Of a DNA stretch of 64,000 nt, positions 53,785-64,000 are shown piece by piece (the first letter of the stretch is position 1; each line of letters opens with the position of its first letter). The stretch spans positions 352,001 through 416,000 of the forward strand of contig CAVVUS010000011.1 in NCBI GenBank assembly GCA_963751345.1, read 5' to 3'. A program made the position numbers and the translations under genes. Source of the DNA: an uncultured Chloroflexia bacterium (lineage in GTDB: Bacteria; Chloroflexota; Anaerolineae; B4-G1; SLSP01). A model generated the notes under the pieces. It was not told the origin of the DNA and ran no database searches. It saw only the letters and a list, made by a program, of their open reading frames with translations.

Positions 53785-54135
53785 ATGGCAGTAGTGGATC
53801 CTCAACCCTCTGTAGACATCACCGATGACGACAAACTATGGGCATTGCTGTCTTGGATCTTCTCACCGATCGTCCCGATCATCGTATTGTTGCTTGAGGA
53901 CAAGAAGCAGCGTCCGTTCATCAAGTACAATGCGATTCAGGGCATCGTCGTGAGTGTAGTGGGCTATGTGATCTCGGCCGTCCTCTCGGCTGTGGTCGTG
54001 GGCTGCTTCACGGGCCTGGCACTGCTGGTCTACATCATCTATCTGGCCATTCAGTCTTACCAGGGCAAGTGGGTGACCATTCCCGTGGTGACGGATTTCT
54101 GCGTCAACCAGGGCTGGATCGAGCGCGCTCCATAG
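53785..54135 (+). CDS. DUF4870-like small membrane protein
   Basis: DDKLWALLSW..RPFIKYNAIQ..YQGK..IP; AAGGAG RBS. Confidence 0.8.
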   Translation: MAVVDPQPSVDITDDDKLWALLSWIFSPIVPIIVLLLEDKKQRPFIKYNAIQGIVVSVVGYVISAVLSAVVVGCFTGLALLVYIIYLAIQSYQGKWVTIPVVTDFCVNQGWIERAP

Positions 54136-54457
54136 ATCCACCCTAGATAGAAGGATCACCTGCTTCGGCTAGCGCCTGGATGGCATCGTGTCCTCCACGC
54201 CTTAGCATGTCTCGATGTGTCCTGGCGGCGGCCTGTTGCGTGTGATGAACTCGCCACAGGTGGGCGGGTCTCGGGCGCACGATATGAGTTAGGTGAGAGC
54301 GGCTTTTCCTTTTCGGAAAGCCGCTCTTTTACATGCACCTACGCGGTGGTATACTACCGCGTTGCATTGGCATAGGTGGTCCCACTTTGGCGCGTCCGGG
54401 TCCGTCTCGGGGCCCAGAGGCCCCGTCCGCGACCTGACAGAACGACTCGAGCGATAC

Positions 54458-56241
54458 ATGGAAACATTGACCCGTAAGCGTTGGAAAATCGCAGCGCAGG
54501 CACCTGCCGAGTTTATCGGCGGCCTGCAGCCCTTGCACCCCCTGGTTGCCCAGGTGCTATACAGTCGGGGATTCGTCGACCCTGAGGCCGCCGGCCGATT
54601 CCTGGACCGTACCCCTCCGCTCGGCGACCCCTTCGCCCTCGATGGGGTCACGCAAGCGGTGGCGCTGATCCGGGACGCGCTGTCGCGTGGCGAGCTTATC
54701 GTCGTCTACGGTGACTATGACGTCGACGGTGTAACCGCCGCCGCCGTCCTTGTGGAGACGCTGCAGGCACAGGGGGCCAGAGTGAAGCCCTACATCCCCA
54801 GCCGCGAGGACGAGGGCTATGGCCTCAATCCGGAGGCGATCCGTGCGTTGGCCGAGGAAGGGGCGCGTCTGCTGATCACCGTGGACTGCGGCATCCGCTC
54901 GCTGGAAGACGTGGCACTTGCCCGCAGTCTCGGCCTTAAGATCGTCGTCACAGATCACCACCAGCTCGGCCCCGCGCTGCCGGATGCGGATGCCGTCATC
55001 AACCCCAAGCGCAGCAGCCGTCCGGCGGCAGTGGGCGGATGCCCAATGGCGTCACGTTGGCTTCCGATCTTGCCGGCGTGGGCGTGGCTTTCAAACTCGC
55101 CCAGGCGCTGATTGAGGCGAATCGCCAGGCGCCCCTGCCGACGACAGAACGGGATCTGGATGAGAGCGATCTGCTCGACCTCGTGGCGTTGGGCACGGTG
55201 GCCGATATGGTCGCGCTGGTCGACGAGAACCACACGCTGGTCTCGCGTGGCCTCGAGAGGATCAATGCTGCTCACCGTCCGGGACTCAGTGCACTGATGC
55301 GGGTGACCGGCGTAAACCCGGGCAAGGTCACGACAAAGACGATCGGCTTCACACTCGCACCACGGCTCAATGCGGCGGGGCGACTCGATGAGGCGATGAC
55401 CGCGCTCGAACTCCTGCTGGCACCCGATATGGCATCTGCGCTGCCCCTCGCACAGGAGCTCGAGGCGCTCAACCAACGGCGCCGCGAGATCACGATGGCG
55501 GTTCGCGAGAAGGCCACGGCTCTGCTGCAGTTTGCTGATGGCGTTCCCGCGCTGATCTTCGCGGCCTCCGATGAGTTCCCTCCCGGCGTGGTTGGACTGG
55601 CGGCGAGCCGGTTGCTGGACGACTATTACCGCCCGGCGGTCGTGGTGTCAATGGATAGTGAGTTCTGCAAGGGGTCCGCGCGATCTATCCCGGAGTTCCA
55701 CATCACAGAGGCGCTGGATTCGCTGGATGGGCTGCTCGAACGCCACGGGGGACACGCCGCCGCGGCCGGATTCACAGTTCGAACCTCCCGTCTGCAGGAG
55801 CTGGAGTCACGGCTCGTGGCTTTGGCCGAGGAGAAGTTGGGCGATCTGCTGCTTGTGCCGACCTTGAATGTGGATGCTGACGTGCCGCTGGAACAGCTTT
55901 CCTGGGACCTGCACAATCAACTGGAGCAGTTGCAGCCCTTTGGGTTCGGCAACCCTGAGCCGACGTTTGTCAGCCGCAGGGTGCGGGTCATGCACGCGCG
56001 TGCGGTCGGGAGTGAGGGCCGGCATCTGAAGCTCTACATCGCCGACGAACTCGGGAAATCCTGGGATGCCATCGCGTTCCGACAGGGGTATTGGGAGGAC
56101 CGTCTCCCCGCATGGGTGGATCTGGTCTACGTGCTTGAGTCAAACGAGTGGAACGGCAGGACCAATCTGCAGCTCAATGTGCAGGACATCCGGCCTTCAG
56201 AGGACATCGGGTGGGCGGATGCCCCGCCACCGACGAGGTAA
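54458..56241 (+). CDS. recJ: ssDNA exonuclease RecJ, frameshifted near 55040
   Basis: YGDYDVDG, EGYGL, TVDCG, TDHH, GTVAD, PRLNAAGR, GSARS, GGHAAAAG, PFGFGNP. Confidence 0.93.
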
Positions 56242-56247
56242 GAGACG

Positions 56248-57252
56248 ATGCGCATTCTGGTAACCGGGGCTGCAGGCTTTATCGGGAGTCACCTCGCTGA
56301 GGCATTGCTGCAGCGTGGCGACACGGTCGTGGGCCTCGACAACTTCAATGACTACTACAGCCCGGCACGTAAGCGCGCGAACGCTGCCCTGCTCGACCGT
56401 AACGATCGCTTCACGATGGTTGAGGCGGACCTGCGCGATGAGGGGGCGCTTGCCGCTGCCGCAGCCGGCGGCGGTTTCGATGCCGTCGCGCATCTTGCCG
56501 CGATGGCCAACGTCCGCTATTCGATCCTGCGCGCGCCTCTCTACACGGACGTCAACATCCGCGGGACCGTGAATGTGCTGGAGGCGATGCGATCCTCCGG
56601 CATACCGCACATTGTCTTCGCCTCGACCTCGTCCGTGTACGGCAAGACGGAACAGCTGCCGTTCCGGGAGGACGATCCCCTGGGCAAGCCGCTCGCTCCC
56701 TATCCCGCCTCGAAGATCACGGGCGAGCTAATGGGCTACACCTACCACAACCTCTTCGACATCAGCTTCACTGCGGTGCGCTTCTTCAGCGTCTATGGAG
56801 AGCGGGGACGCCCGGATATGATGCCCTACATCATCACAGACAGCATTGTCGCGCAGAAGCCCTTCAAGCTCTTCAATGCGGGAGAGATGTTCCGAGATTG
56901 GACCTATGTCGGCGACATCGTCAAAGGCGTGATGGCGGCGCTGGACCGGCCCCTGGGCTACGAGCGGGTGAACCTCGGACGCGGCCAACCCGTGCGCATG
57001 GCCGACTTCGTGGAGCTGGTCGAGTCCCTCGTTGGCCGGCGCGCCGTTATGGAGACGCCTCCCGCGCCCGCCAGCGAGCCGGTGATTACCTATGCCGACA
57101 TTTCCAAGGCGAAGCGGCTCCTGGACTATGCGCCGGCTGTCCCGGTCGAGGAAGGCATGTCGCGGTTCTGGCGATGGTACCGGGATGAGGTGATGGGCCA
57201 GGAGCGCCCGGTGCCGGTCATTGCCGAAACTCCGCCCTCGGCACGGTCTTAG
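56248..57252 (+). CDS. NAD-dependent nucleotide-sugar epimerase (UDP-glucuronate 4-epimerase-like)
   Basis: GAAGFIG, DNFNDYY, HLAA, YPASK, RFFSVYG..GRPDM. Confidence 0.9.
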   Translation: MRILVTGAAGFIGSHLAEALLQRGDTVVGLDNFNDYYSPARKRANAALLDRNDRFTMVEADLRDEGALAAAAAGGGFDAVAHLAAMANVRYSILRAPLYTDVNIRGTVNVLEAMRSSGIPHIVFASTSSVYGKTEQLPFREDDPLGKPLAPYPASKITGELMGYTYHNLFDISFTAVRFFSVYGERGRPDMMPYIITDSIVAQKPFKLFNAGEMFRDWTYVGDIVKGVMAALDRPLGYERVNLGRGQPVRMADFVELVESLVGRRAVMETPPAPASEPVITYADISKAKRLLDYAPAVPVEEGMSRFWRWYRDEVMGQERPVPVIAETPPSARS

Positions 57253-57404
57253 CTCCTGCGAGTGATATGTTTGAGGTGTGGGTCACCTGCGCCATAGGAT
57301 GCTGGGCGTGAGCATCTTCAAGATCCGGCTGCGCCGAGGCTGCGTCGTTGTGCCGCGCCTCTGAGCTGGCGCCGGCAGGCGAACTCGTGTAGGACGGTCG
57401 GCCC

Positions 57405-58919
57405 GTGTATCTGAAGCCTGATAGAAAGCTCTTTCGCGAGCGTCGCGGTTTCTGGGGGGCGCGCCTATTGATCGTCGCGCTGTTGCTGGGCGGGATGGGC
57501 TTCGTTGGTTATCGAGCCTTCCAGAGCTACGCCGAGCCACTGATCGCGGGGAGTAGCACGCCGACTCCGGTACCTACGGCGACGCCGGCTGCGGGCTACT
57601 ACGCGGCACAGGGCGATGATGCCTACTGGCAGGGCGCGACCGGTGAGGCCATCGCTGCATACCAGGCGTCGCTCGATATGCAGCCGGGCCAGACTGAGCT
57701 CTATCTTGCCCTGGCCCGCCTGTTGACCTTCCAGGGACACCCGGAGCGAGGTCTCGAGATGGCCCGGCAGGCACTGGCGCGCCAGCCGGATAACGCGCTC
57801 GCCTGGGCGCTGTTGGGGATGACTTATGATTGGCTGGGACTGACCAACCAGGCGGTGACCTACTGCCAGCATGCCGTGGACCTCGATCCGACGCTGCCCG
57901 AAGCTTACGCCTACCTCGCCGAAGCCTACATCGACGACGGCCAGTGGTTTTCGGCCAACGATGCTATGGCGACGGCGATGGAATTGGACGACACCAATGT
58001 GGATGTCCTGCGAGACCGGGCCTATGTTCTTGAAAGCCAGGGCAACTACTACGGTGCCATCCAGGCTTACCGCGATGCGATCGCCCTCAACGACAAACTC
58101 GTCCATCTCTACCTGGGGATTGGCCGCAACGCGGGCGCGCTGGGCAACCTCCAGACCGCGCTGGAAGCCTACCAGGACGCCGTCGCAGTTGATCCCAACC
58201 ACGCCCTCGCACTGGACCAGTTGGGCTGGACGCAGCTGCTGCTGGGCGACTATACCTCCGCCCGTGAGAACCTCACCGCAGCCCTGGAGCTCGATCCCGA
58301 TCTGGCGGATGCCTACGGACATCTGGGGACGCTCTACTTCCATCAGCGTAACTACGAGGACGCCATCGTCGAGTTCGGGCCGGCGATCGAATACGCGGAG
58401 GCGCGGTCCAGGCGACGAACCGTGCTCTTCGTGGTCACCGCCGAGGAGATCAATGCGATTGGCGAAACGCCCTCCGGGGCACAGGTTGCCGTGGCCGAGT
58501 TTCTCCATCCCACCGATCTTCAGACCCCCTTGCGCGGCCAGTTCACGGCCGCAGCCGGTGGAGCGTCGATTGATGGGCAGATCCGGTTTGACGTGATGAC
58601 GGGCAAGTACGATGGGACGGTTTCCGGGATTCCGCCCGCTCCTTCCGGAAAGGTCTACGTCGGTTGGTTCCTGCAGCTCTTCTCGCCGGAGGGGCGCTTG
58701 GTGCACACGGATCCGATCTTCCCCGCACCGAACGGGCAGGTTGTGCTGACGGGAACGACGGGCCACGTCAAAGGCCCTCCTATCGAGAACTACTACAGCT
58801 TCGCACTCTCGTACTATCTCCTGGATCAATGCGACAAGGCGATACCGCTGATCAACGTGGCATTGCAGATCGATCCGGCGGACGCCAACGCTCAGGCCGC
58901 GCTCGATCTATGTCGCTAG
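57405..58919 (+). CDS. Membrane-anchored TPR protein
   Basis: N-terminal TM, PT linker, multiple TPR repeats, inserted beta-rich segment. Confidence 0.85.
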   Translation: MYLKPDRKLFRERRGFWGARLLIVALLLGGMGFVGYRAFQSYAEPLIAGSSTPTPVPTATPAAGYYAAQGDDAYWQGATGEAIAAYQASLDMQPGQTELYLALARLLTFQGHPERGLEMARQALARQPDNALAWALLGMTYDWLGLTNQAVTYCQHAVDLDPTLPEAYAYLAEAYIDDGQWFSANDAMATAMELDDTNVDVLRDRAYVLESQGNYYGAIQAYRDAIALNDKLVHLYLGIGRNAGALGNLQTALEAYQDAVAVDPNHALALDQLGWTQLLLGDYTSARENLTAALELDPDLADAYGHLGTLYFHQRNYEDAIVEFGPAIEYAEARSRRRTVLFVVTAEEINAIGETPSGAQVAVAEFLHPTDLQTPLRGQFTAAAGGASIDGQIRFDVMTGKYDGTVSGIPPAPSGKVYVGWFLQLFSPEGRLVHTDPIFPAPNGQVVLTGTTGHVKGPPIENYYSFALSYYLLDQCDKAIPLINVALQIDPADANAQAALDLCR

Positions 58920-61759
58920 AGACCGGCCCCACAGAACGACCCGCACCCGTGCTCCCCTCGCATTCGGCGATCGAGCCGGAATCGACGACCGGCGAAGGAC
59001 GGTGGCATCCGGTCGGCGACCGGATCGAGATGATCCTGGCGCCCGTTGTGATGCTCGCCTTCGTCACGTGGGTCTACCGGCGTATCGTCGCAGGGCAGGT
59101 GCTGGCCGGAGGGGACCTCCAGCTCTATTTCTTCCCGTATTGGACTGCGGTGGTGCGGTCACTTCGAGACGGCAGCCTCCCACTTTGGAATACCTACCTC
59201 TTCGCCGGGTCCCCGCTGTTGGCAAACTCACAGGTCGGCGTCTTCTATCCGCTCAACTGGCCCTTCTGGCTGCTGTCACCGTCGTCACTTCTGGGTATCA
59301 CCCGCGCGATCCACTGGAGCGTCGTGCTGCATCTCTGGCTGGCTGCGGCGAGCGTCTATGTCCTCTGCCGTCGGACAGCCGCACTGGGGCGCTGGCCCAG
59401 TGCCCTGGCCGGGGTCATCTATGCAGGCAGCGGCTTCCTGGGCGTCCACGTCGACCATCTCAACCAGTTGCAGGCGCTGGCATGGCTGCCGCTCCTTTTC
59501 CTGCCCGAGGTGTCGTGGGGAGGGATCGGCCATCCTGGCGAGGGCGGGGGGCCTGAGGCGCTCGACCGACCGGTGTGGCGAGGACTGTGGATGCCCAACC
59601 CGCTGTCCATCCTGGCGTTTTCGATGATCCTGTTGGCAGGGCACACGCAGATGGCGTTCATTGGCGGGTGCGGCCTGGCGGTCTGGCACCTCGTGCGTTC
59701 CGGACGGGACACCGCCCTCGGACGGGGTGTCGCCTTGTCCATGCAGATTGGGCGGTGGCTTCTCGCCTTTGTCGTCAGGATGATGCCTTTCGCGTTGGCG
59801 GGCCTCATCGCTGCCGTGCAGCTCCTGCCTACGCTGACCCTTGCGGATCTTTCGGGACGCGGCGGTGGCTTGGATTGGCGCGAGGCCGTCTCCTTCTCCG
59901 TGCCGCCCTGGGAGCTCCTCAAGGTGCTACTGCCGCCCTATATCGCATCCCCGCTGCTGCCCGAGGGTGTGGCCTACCTGGGCATCCCCGCGTTGCTGTT
60001 GGCGGCGCTGGGCGGCTGGCGCAGCTTGCGCTCTTCATCCCCCCGCGAGAGAGGGTTGGGGAGGTGGGCGTGGCTGGTCATCGCTGCGATGGGGGTGCTG
60101 CTCGCGCTCGGCGGGTACAATCCTCTCTACCTGGCCGCGGTCCGGCTCGGCATCCCCGGCTTCATCCATTTCCGCGCGCCGGCCCGCTTTCTCGCCCTCT
60201 ACGTTCTGGCGGGGTCGGTGCTCGCGGGTATCGGGCTGGAGACAGTGAGGCCTGTCGAGCCTAGACCCGGGTCTGCTTGGCTCGAAAGCCCGGAGATCGG
60301 TGCCCCTGGTGGTACTTGTGGTGGTCGGCGTGGAGTTGGCGCTCGCAGGCCTCTACCTACCTTACGGGCGTGCGACCACACCCCAGGCCTACACGGACCT
60401 TCGCCCGGCGACCGCGGATCTCGTGGCGGCAACACAGGCCGCGGTGGAGGCCGGTAGCGTGCCGGGCCGCTTTCTGAGCATTTCGCAGACCCTCTTTGAG
60501 GTTGGTGACAAGGCTGAGATTGAGACTGCCTACGCCGGCGCGCTGGACGACGACGCACTGATGAGCTACCTGGTCGCCACCAAGGAGCGCGAAGTGTTGG
60601 CGCCGAACCTGCCGCTGGCGTTCGGCGTGCCGGCGGTGGATGGCTATGACGGCGGCCTCCTGCCGATGCGCCACTACATAGCATTCTCGAAGCTGCTGCT
60701 CCCCGATGGCACGACCGACGGTCGGCTGAGAGAGAACCTTGCCGATATCCCGGAAGCCCGTTGGCTCAAGCTCATGGGTGTTCAGTATCTGCTGACGGAC
60801 AAGACGACGGATGTGTGGGTCGACGACATCCTGTATGATCGCCAGTTCCATCCGACCCTCCAACCGGGGCAGGCCCTTGACGTGGCTTGGCTGCCTGAGG
60901 ATTTCCCTGCCAACGCCCTGGGACTGCTCTACACGGGTGAGGGAGGCGAGGTCGAACTCGGCCTCGCTGACGGGCGCGTCCTTTCGCTGCCGCTCCCTGC
61001 GTCGGATAACTCAGACGAGGTCCGGTGGGTTCGCTGGGACGACGCTGTGCCCATCCGGAGTCTCAGCATCATAGCTTCCCCTCCGGAGGACGGCGTCGTC
61101 GGTCCCCTGGCGCTGGGAGGGGCAAGTCTGGCCGACGGTCGCACGGGCGCGTTCTACCCGGTCGTGCTGTCGGATGTCTACAGATTGGTGCATTCCGGTG
61201 ACGTCAAGATCTACGAAGCACTGACCCCGGTGCCGCGAGCTTTCCTGGTTCACCGCGCGTGCACGGTCTCGGACCGAGGACGACGCCCTCAACCTGATGC
61301 GCGATCCGAGATTCGATCCATCGCAGGTCGTGGCGCTGACTGGTGCGCCATCGCCCGAAGAGACCTGTGATCTCTCCGCTGGGACGCTGGTCGGCGGCGG
61401 ACGAGTCGGTGTCCGTTATGCGGTACGATGCAACCGAGGTCACGGTGGACGTGGTCGCTGAGACGCCGGGTTACCTGGTCCTGACCGACACCTGGTATCC
61501 GGGCTGGACAGTGACGCGTGAGCCGCTCTCAAGGGAGGCGTTGGCCCAGCCCGAGGAGATCGTAAAGGCCGACCTGCTGTTCCGTGCCGTGCCGATTTCC
61601 TCCGGAACCTGGCGCGTGACCTTCTCCTACCGACCGGTGAGCCATATCATCGGCGCCGCGATCAGCGCCGTGGGGCTGATGACTCTGTTGCTTTATGCGC
61701 TGGCAGCGACAAAGGGTGTCGAGGTTAGAAATCGAGGGGGATTCTTCGCCATTCGTTAA
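58910..61759 (+). CDS. YfhO-like (GT-C) polytopic membrane protein, several frameshifts
   Basis: GDLQLYFFPY..LPLWNTYLFAGSP..FYP, AGHTQ, AVQLLPT, FRAPARF, DGYDGG, LVLTDTWYPGW. Confidence 0.8.
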
Positions 61760-61800
61760 CTCGTTGGTTATGATTAGGTTTGTGGGCCCCAACCGTTTCA

Positions 61801-61809
61801 TGCTATAAT
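61801..61809 (+). promoter_or_regulatory. Extended -10 promoter
   Basis: TGCTATAAT 46 nt upstream of ATG 61855. Confidence 0.55.
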
Positions 61810-61854
61810 GAACTCATTGCCCATCCCTATATACACTATCAGGTCGAGGTAAGG

Positions 61855-62223
61855 ATGAAGGTACTCTACATCGAGGACAGCCCATCAAACCGCCTGCTCG
61901 TCAAGCGGGTCCTTATGGCCGAGGGCTATCAAGTCCTTGAGGCTGAGGACGGGAGCGCTGGAATGGATGTGGCGAAGAGGGAGCGCCCTGACCTCGTACT
62001 GATGGACATGAACCTGCCGGATGTCGACGGATATGAGATGACGCGTCGCATTCGGGCAACCCCCGAGCTTGCCTCTATCCCGATCGTCGCGATGACGGCG
62101 AATGTCATGCATGGAGATCGGGAGAAGGCGCTGGAAGCGGGATGCGTGGGCTATCTTCCCAAACCTATCGATGTTGATGCATTGCCGATGCAGATCGCAC
62201 GCTTTATCGAGGCCAAGCTCTAG
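61855..62223 (+). CDS. Single-domain response regulator (DivK-like)
   Basis: IEDS, DLVLMDMNLP, AMTA, KP. Confidence 0.93.
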   Translation: MKVLYIEDSPSNRLLVKRVLMAEGYQVLEAEDGSAGMDVAKRERPDLVLMDMNLPDVDGYEMTRRIRATPELASIPIVAMTANVMHGDREKALEAGCVGYLPKPIDVDALPMQIARFIEAKL

Positions 62224-62308
62224 CTGCATCGGCGGTCCGTGCACGATGCGGTAGGTTGCCGGTTGAGACACCACGGATCTTGCCGTGGGAGCTGGAGGAC
62301 TATCGACT

Positions 62309-62728
62309 ATGAAGTGGAAGGTGATACCCCCGACGGAGGCGACCATCCTCATCGTCGAGGATAACCTCAGCAATTTCATCCTGATGACGCGTCTGCTCGC
62401 GTATCTGGGCGTAAAGAAGTGCGAATGGAAGGCGTCGGGGTGGAAGGTCCTTGAGTTCGCCGAGACGCTCGGCAGGATTGACCTCATTCTTATGGACATC
62501 GCGCTTCCGGATGCGGACGGGTTTGAGTCCCTGGCCTCGCTGCGCTCCGATGATCGCTTTCAGGGCGTGCCCATCGTCGCGGTGACGGCAGACATCTCTG
62601 CGGCAAATCTCAACCGTGCCAGGGATGTCGGGTTCAATGGATTTATCGGCAAGCCTCTGGACCCCGATCGCTTCCCCAACCAGGTTCGTCGAATCCTGCA
62701 GGGCGAGGAGGTATGGGAACAGGAGTGA
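62309..62728 (+). CDS. Single-domain response regulator
   Basis: VEDN, DLILMDIALP, AVTA, KP. Confidence 0.9.
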   Translation: MKWKVIPPTEATILIVEDNLSNFILMTRLLAYLGVKKCEWKASGWKVLEFAETLGRIDLILMDIALPDADGFESLASLRSDDRFQGVPIVAVTADISAANLNRARDVGFNGFIGKPLDPDRFPNQVRRILQGEEVWEQE

Positions 62729-62779
62729 GGGCCTGGGCCGCGCGCTGAGGGCACCTCCAGGGCGATCCCAACGACAGGG

Positions 62780-64000
62780 ATGCGGGGGGGCCTGGGCCGG
62801 ACGCTGCTGACTGCGTTTCTGATCCTCACGATTCTTCCTTTGGTCGTTATCGGCGGCTATGCAGTCCGCCAGAACCGGATGAACCTCGAACACGAGGTCG
62901 CATCTCGGCTGCTCTCTGTGGCCGCCGTCGAAGGCCAGACGTTGTCGCGTTGGCTCGATCAACTGGAGACCTCGCTCTCGACTGTTGTGCTGGTCGAAGC
63001 GAGCCGTGGTGTGCGAGATGCCGAGGCGTCGGGCTATGCGACGTGGTGGTCGGCGCAGCAACGGCAGGTGTCGGGGCTCACCGGGATGGTCGTGCTGGGA
63101 GATGCAGGTGCGGGCGCGACGCCCAGTCCGCTGGGCGCCTCGTCCAGTCCGCTGGGCGCATTCACCCCGGCAGTCCTCTGGCAGACCGGGGCGTGTCGAC
63201 CGGCTGCGGAGGCCATCACGCCTGAGCTACCTGACCTGATTTCCGCTGCACGCAAGGCTCAGCCCTCGGTCTCCCGTCAGGTCGTCGCCTTCGATCCGGG
63301 CACGGCTGGGCCAGAAGCGGGCTTGGCGGTCGTCGTGGGAGCAGCGGAGAACACCATCACCAACGGCGGGTGGCGGGCCGCTGTCTTGTGCGTCGATGCA
63401 GCAGCCGTCCAGGACGTCCTGCAAACTGGGGCGGGGATTGGCGAGACCGGGCGCGTCAGGCTCGTTCACGGATCGGTCGTATGGCCTGGCGGCGAGCCAA
63501 GCGTCATGCCTGCAGTTGCCCTGGCGAGCGACCGTGGCGATGGCGGACGGCCGCTCGGCAGCTACCAGGATCAGGATGGCACCCAGGTCGTCGGTGCATG
63601 GTACCCGCTCCCCGATCTTGGGGGGGGCATCCTGGTCGAGCAGTCTCAGGCCGAGATCACGCAGTCAACCGATAGTATAGCGGCGACCCTGATTGCGCTC
63701 ATCCTCGGCGTCGCCCTCGGTACGACCGCGATTGCGGCGGTCGTGATACGGCAGATCACGCGCCCCGTGATCGACCTGACCGAGTCGGCGGTGGCGATGG
63801 CCGAGGGTGACCTTGACCAGCACCTGTCCGTGCGCTCGCGGGACGAGATCGGGATTCTGACGTACGTCTTCAACGACATGGCGGCGCAGCTGAAGTCGCT
63901 GTACGAGGATCTGGAGGCGAAGGTTGTCGAGCGAACCAGGCGGCTCCAGGAGGCCAACACCCAGATTCAGCGGCGCGCGCTCCATCTGCAGGCGAGCCAA
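62780..64000 (+). CDS. Membrane sensor with extracytoplasmic and HAMP domains, probable histidine kinase (runs off window)
   Basis: Manual translation is open to the edge: TM1, Cache-like region, TM2, ITRPV..GDL..RDEIG..FNDM..LEAKVVERT. Confidence 0.85.
   Translation, partial: MRGGLGRTLLTAFLILTILPLVVIGGYAVRQNRMNLEHEVASRLLSVAAVEGQTLSRWLDQLETSLSTVVLVEASRGVRDAEASGYATWWSAQQRQVSGLTGMVVLGDAGAGATPSPLGASSSPLGAFTPAVLWQTGACRPAAEAITPELPDLISAARKAQPSVSRQVVAFDPGTAGPEAGLAVVVGAAENTITNGGWRAAVLCVDAAAVQDVLQTGAGIGETGRVRLVHGSVVWPGGEPSVMPAVALASDRGDGGRPLGSYQDQDGTQVVGAWYPLPDLGGGILVEQSQAEITQSTDSIAATLIALILGVALGTTAIAAVVIRQITRPVIDLTESAVAMAEGDLDQHLSVRSRDEIGILTYVFNDMAAQLKSLYEDLEAKVVERTRRLQEANTQIQRRALHLQASQ

Noticed and set aside
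51867-56241. RNase H-like protein plus RecJ as a defence system
   Set aside because: Interspersed with mnmA and ordinary housekeeping genes; no defence-island context
61855-64000. Two stand-alone receivers plus a HAMP sensor
   Set aside because: Ordinary two-component arrangement; the kinase is truncated by the window so nothing unusual can be shown

Overview
GC-rich bacterial chromosome segment, probably Chloroflexota/Anaerolineae-like (inferred from gene style). About 20 single-base frameshifts hit housekeeping genes, which points to long-read assembly error. Contents in order: a TIGR04283/TIGR04282 glycosyltransferase and phosphotransferase cluster; SLC13, LrgAB and a heterodimeric ABC exporter; a ~390-nt intergenic unit with its own consensus promoter, nested helices and terminator (candidate unclassified large ncRNA); an hpt operon; a complete ilv/leu/cimA operon that includes a standalone B3/4 editing-domain gene and sits behind two tandem leader-peptide attenuators; gdh next to a PEP/pyruvate-binding-domain gene; an ECF/PanT, acyl-CoA carboxylase and BioY block directly upstream of a fragmented, reduced Pfa/Hgl-type fatty acid/polyketide synthase; then mnmA, recJ, an epimerase-TPR-YfhO block and a two-component cluster. 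Best novelty candidates are the ncRNA at ~9343-9729, the double attenuator, and the split Pfa system with a possible -1 slippery junction.
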